From assembly GCF_009914755.1 (NCBI RefSeq), contig NC_060934.1: 64,000 nt of DNA; one strand, written 5' to 3'. This DNA is from the human T2T-CHM13v2.0 reference genome, Homo sapiens. The translations under genes were made by a program, and so were the position numbers. Of the stretch, positions 60,303-64,000 are shown piece by piece (position 1 is the first letter of the stretch; every line of letters begins with the position of its first letter). A model generated the notes under the pieces. It saw only the letters and a program-made list of their open reading frames with translations. It was not told where the DNA came from and did no database searches.

Positions 60303-61435
60303 GTGGTATTCGTACTCATTGACGTGAAAAGTCAACACCAAAGTCATAATGAGAGTTCACATAATAATATCCACCAATATGTGCCTCTGGAAAAAGCATT
60401 AAAAGGTGCATCAGAGGAACTTATATTTTTAGGAAAAAGTGTGACAGACAAATGCACAGCAGTCATTGCACAGTTTGGAAAGGAACATGTGGGGGCTGGT
60501 TGACTCCAAGAGTGCTTGGTGATAGGTTGGGTTGGTGACTTAGTAAGAAAGTGTTGCCTAAGACTTTGATTTAGAAACGGCACTTAAGTTATTAGGTAGA
60601 TGAGTGCTGATAGAGTTACTTGGAAGAACTGAGGTAGGAGAGCTGTGTTTGAAGATTCCTGGAGATAAGAAAACATTTTCAGAGAAAGAGTGAGTAATCT
60701 GGTTTACATTCTGCTATTGCTGTTGTTGGAGGTTAATTCTGTTGGGAACACCTGTGTTCACACAGGTAAATACCAACTGGCTCTTCCTTAGGGGATAAAT
60801 AGTGTATAAAGTTGGTGTAGAAAATGCTGGTGAAGGAGTTTTTAGTAATGGAACTTAGCCCAAGGGCAAATTGTATATCACTCAACACTTTTCACTTGCT
60901 TATCTTTCAGGAATTTTAAGAAGGTTAAGGCACTAAGGTTCCTTAAGTGTTTTAACTCTGCAGGCCCCATCTGTGTTCCAGCTGCTGTTCTGCAACTGCA
61001 AATGGATTCTGCTTTAGTATGATAATAAGAAGGTCATAACCCAGCAAAAGTGGTGGGCTTCTAACTCTATCCTTTTAGCAGAATTTCTTTTCATTAGCTG
61101 AGTAGAATTGAGCTTCACTGGTTGGCAGTGAAATGAGGCATGGCCTAGCTTGATGGTCCATGAAGGATGCTCACTGAGGGTGACATTTTGTTCCATTAAA
61201 GCTGATGTTTCTATTTATACCAAGGATAGTTTGTGCAGTTACACCGGAAATAAGATATTTCCTGCGTTTACAGACATCTACATGCTTGCCTTTTTTTCCA
61301 TTTCCCACTGAACCAGTCTCGTTGTTGTCAATTATTCTTCTTCCTCTATTTAATGGAATCTTTACTTTCTTGACAGATGAATGTACATGACCACTTTCAT
61401 AATGCCTCTCCCTTAAGAAACTTCCTACTGATCTT

Positions 61436-61725
<290 letters not shown>

Positions 61726-61897
61726 ACAACCAGTTCTCATGAGAATCCTATCACGAGAACAGCGCCAAGATATAGTGCTAAACCATTCATAGGCCACCCT
61801 TATGAGCCAATCACCTCCCACCAGGCCCCACCTCCAACACTGAGGATTACAATTTGACATGAGATTTGGGTGGGGTCACAGATCCAAACTGTATCAC
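61726..61897 (-). mobile_element. MST-type MaLR LTR fragment
   Basis: caatcacctcccaccaggccccacctccaacact.ggattacaatt..acatgagatttgg. Confidence 0.85.
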
Positions 61898-61899
61898 TT

Positions 61900-62335
61900 T
61901 CCATTCCTCCAGGCCTAGCAACCACTATTCTACTTTCTGCGTCTATGATGTTGACCATTCTAACTACCTGGTATGAGTGGAATCATATATTTGTCCTTTT
62001 GTGACTGGCTAATTTTACTTAGGATAATGTCCTCAGAGTTCACCCATGTTATAGCATTTATCAGAATTTCTTTCCTTTTTAAGGCAGAATAATATTCCAC
62101 CGTATGCATATACCACAATTGGGTTTATTTGATTCATCTATTGGTGGACATTCGGGTTGCTTCCACCTTTTGGCTACTGTAAATAATGCAGCCTTCCTCC
62201 TGTTCCCTTTCTCCCCTTAAGGGCCCTTCAGACCTCTGCCTTCTACCACTGGGCATAGTCTACACACAGATCATGACTTTTGGCTACTGTCAGTAATGAT
62301 GCTATGAGCATGGGTGCACAAATACACCTCCAAGA
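61900..62335 (-). mobile_element. L1MB-type fragment
   Basis: accactattctactttct; aaggcagaataatattcca; ttggctactgt. Confidence 0.8.
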
Positions 62336-62354
62336 ACTTTGGGTGTGGGTGTAT

Positions 62355-62637
62355 GTTTAGACAGAGTTTCACTCTGTGTCCAAGCTGCAGTGCAGTGTGC
62401 AGTCATGGTTCACTGCAGGCTCAACCTCCTGGGGCTGCGTGATCCTCCTGCCTCAGCTTCCTGGGTAACCAGGACTACAGACATGCGCCACCACAACCAA
62501 CTAATTTTTCATTTTCTATAGAGACGGGACCTCTGTATGTTGCCTAGGCTGATTTTGAACTACTGGGCTCACAGTATCCTCCTGCCTTAGCCTCCCAAAG
62601 TGCTGGAATTACAGGCATGAGCCACCACACTTGGCCC
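62355..62637 (-). mobile_element. AluJ
   Basis: TSD ctccaagaacttt. Confidence 0.9.
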
Positions 62638-62824
62638 TCCAAGAACTTTTGAAATAAACTCTATTAATTATATTCAGAAAACTTAATGCTATCACCTTAG
62701 ACTGTATAGCATAAATTAAGTTCCTCCCACATAGCAATGCCTCCTTTTAAGATGCTGCTGGGTAATAGTCCTTAGTTTAAATATGTCCCAGCTCTCCTTA
62801 GCACAGCAGCAGTCTTTTACATTA

Positions 62825-63221
<397 letters not shown>

Positions 63222-63639
63222 TCAACACAGCTAATTGTTTTAGATAATTACCAGCCTTGGACTACAGACACATTTCACTAAGCCAGAAAATTATTTTTGA
63301 AATATTTTGATGATGCAGAGAAATCATTTAACCAATTCTGCTATCTCATTGTCTTTTATGAAACACTCCCTTTAAAAATATACAAGTATTTTAGACTATG
63401 CAAACATTTACGCTTGTTTGAAACTAAGTAATAAAATCTATTAAGGTTTTCTGTTGCAAATGAATTCATATCTTCCTGTGGAGTCATAATTTAAGATAAA
63501 AATAGTGAGATTCAAGTTCAAAAACAAATTTGGCAAATCAAGTATTGTAAAAGTCTAGGAAATGTGAAAATTTTATTCTAGTTGACTTTCATGTTTTACT
63601 ATTAATTTGCATGTGGTGAATTCCTACTTGCATTGATTC

Positions 63640-63760
63640 TAAAAGGTTGTATAAACTGTATGAGGATGGGAATTGTGTCTGTTTCATTTACTGTATGCTC
63701 AGTACATACTAGTACTCAACACATACTAGTCTCAATACATGCTGGGTACATACAAATGAA
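63640..63760 (+). mobile_element. L2 3' end
   Basis: gtataaactgtatgagg..ggga.ttgtgtctgtt...ctcaata. Confidence 0.5.
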
Positions 63761-64000
63761 TAATTACAACAGTATCATTTAGAAACTCTTCCATAGTCTT
63801 TCTTCATGCCTTAACATGGAATTAATAAACAAAATTTTAAGAAATGTCCTACATATAAGACAAAAAGGTCCCAAAGGATATAAATAATAGTCCTAATAAA
63901 ATCAAGATTTTTTTTCACTTGTTATTAGCATCCTAACTGCAATGGCCAACTAATTCAAAGGCCTATGCATACTATTATACTATTAACAGTAGGAAAAAAG

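Overview
Primate (most likely human) genomic DNA from inside CACNB2, the voltage-gated calcium channel auxiliary beta-2 subunit gene, transcribed on the + strand. Only two coding exons are recognisable. One is the beta2e-specific alternative first exon (ATG at 6387, MKATWIRLLKRAKGGRLKNSDIC, donor after 6455). The other is the 120-nt exon shared by all isoforms (7279-7398, [40 protein letters not shown]). Bases 1-~5900 are intron of longer isoforms plus the beta2e promoter region, and everything after 7398 is one long intron whose next exon (TKPVAFAV...) was not found. The intron holds about 50 Alu copies or fragments, L1/L2/MIR relics, several ERV1/ERVL/MaLR solo LTRs, hAT and Tigger DNA transposons, microsatellites and a 5'-truncated Y1 RNA retrocopy. 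Almost all supplied ORFs are Alu-derived or chance. I cannot support a wholly new biological system here. The best leads lie around the beta2e exon: a strong-context uORF whose stop overlaps the beta2e start (ATGA), and an overlapping donor/acceptor cluster 63-73 nt into the intron that could give a Cys-rich +21-aa isoform or a stop-containing product. Other leads are a CCAAT/GC-box promoter-like island deep in the intron and some unusual Alu architectures. Repeat boundaries and subfamilies were read by eye and are approximate.
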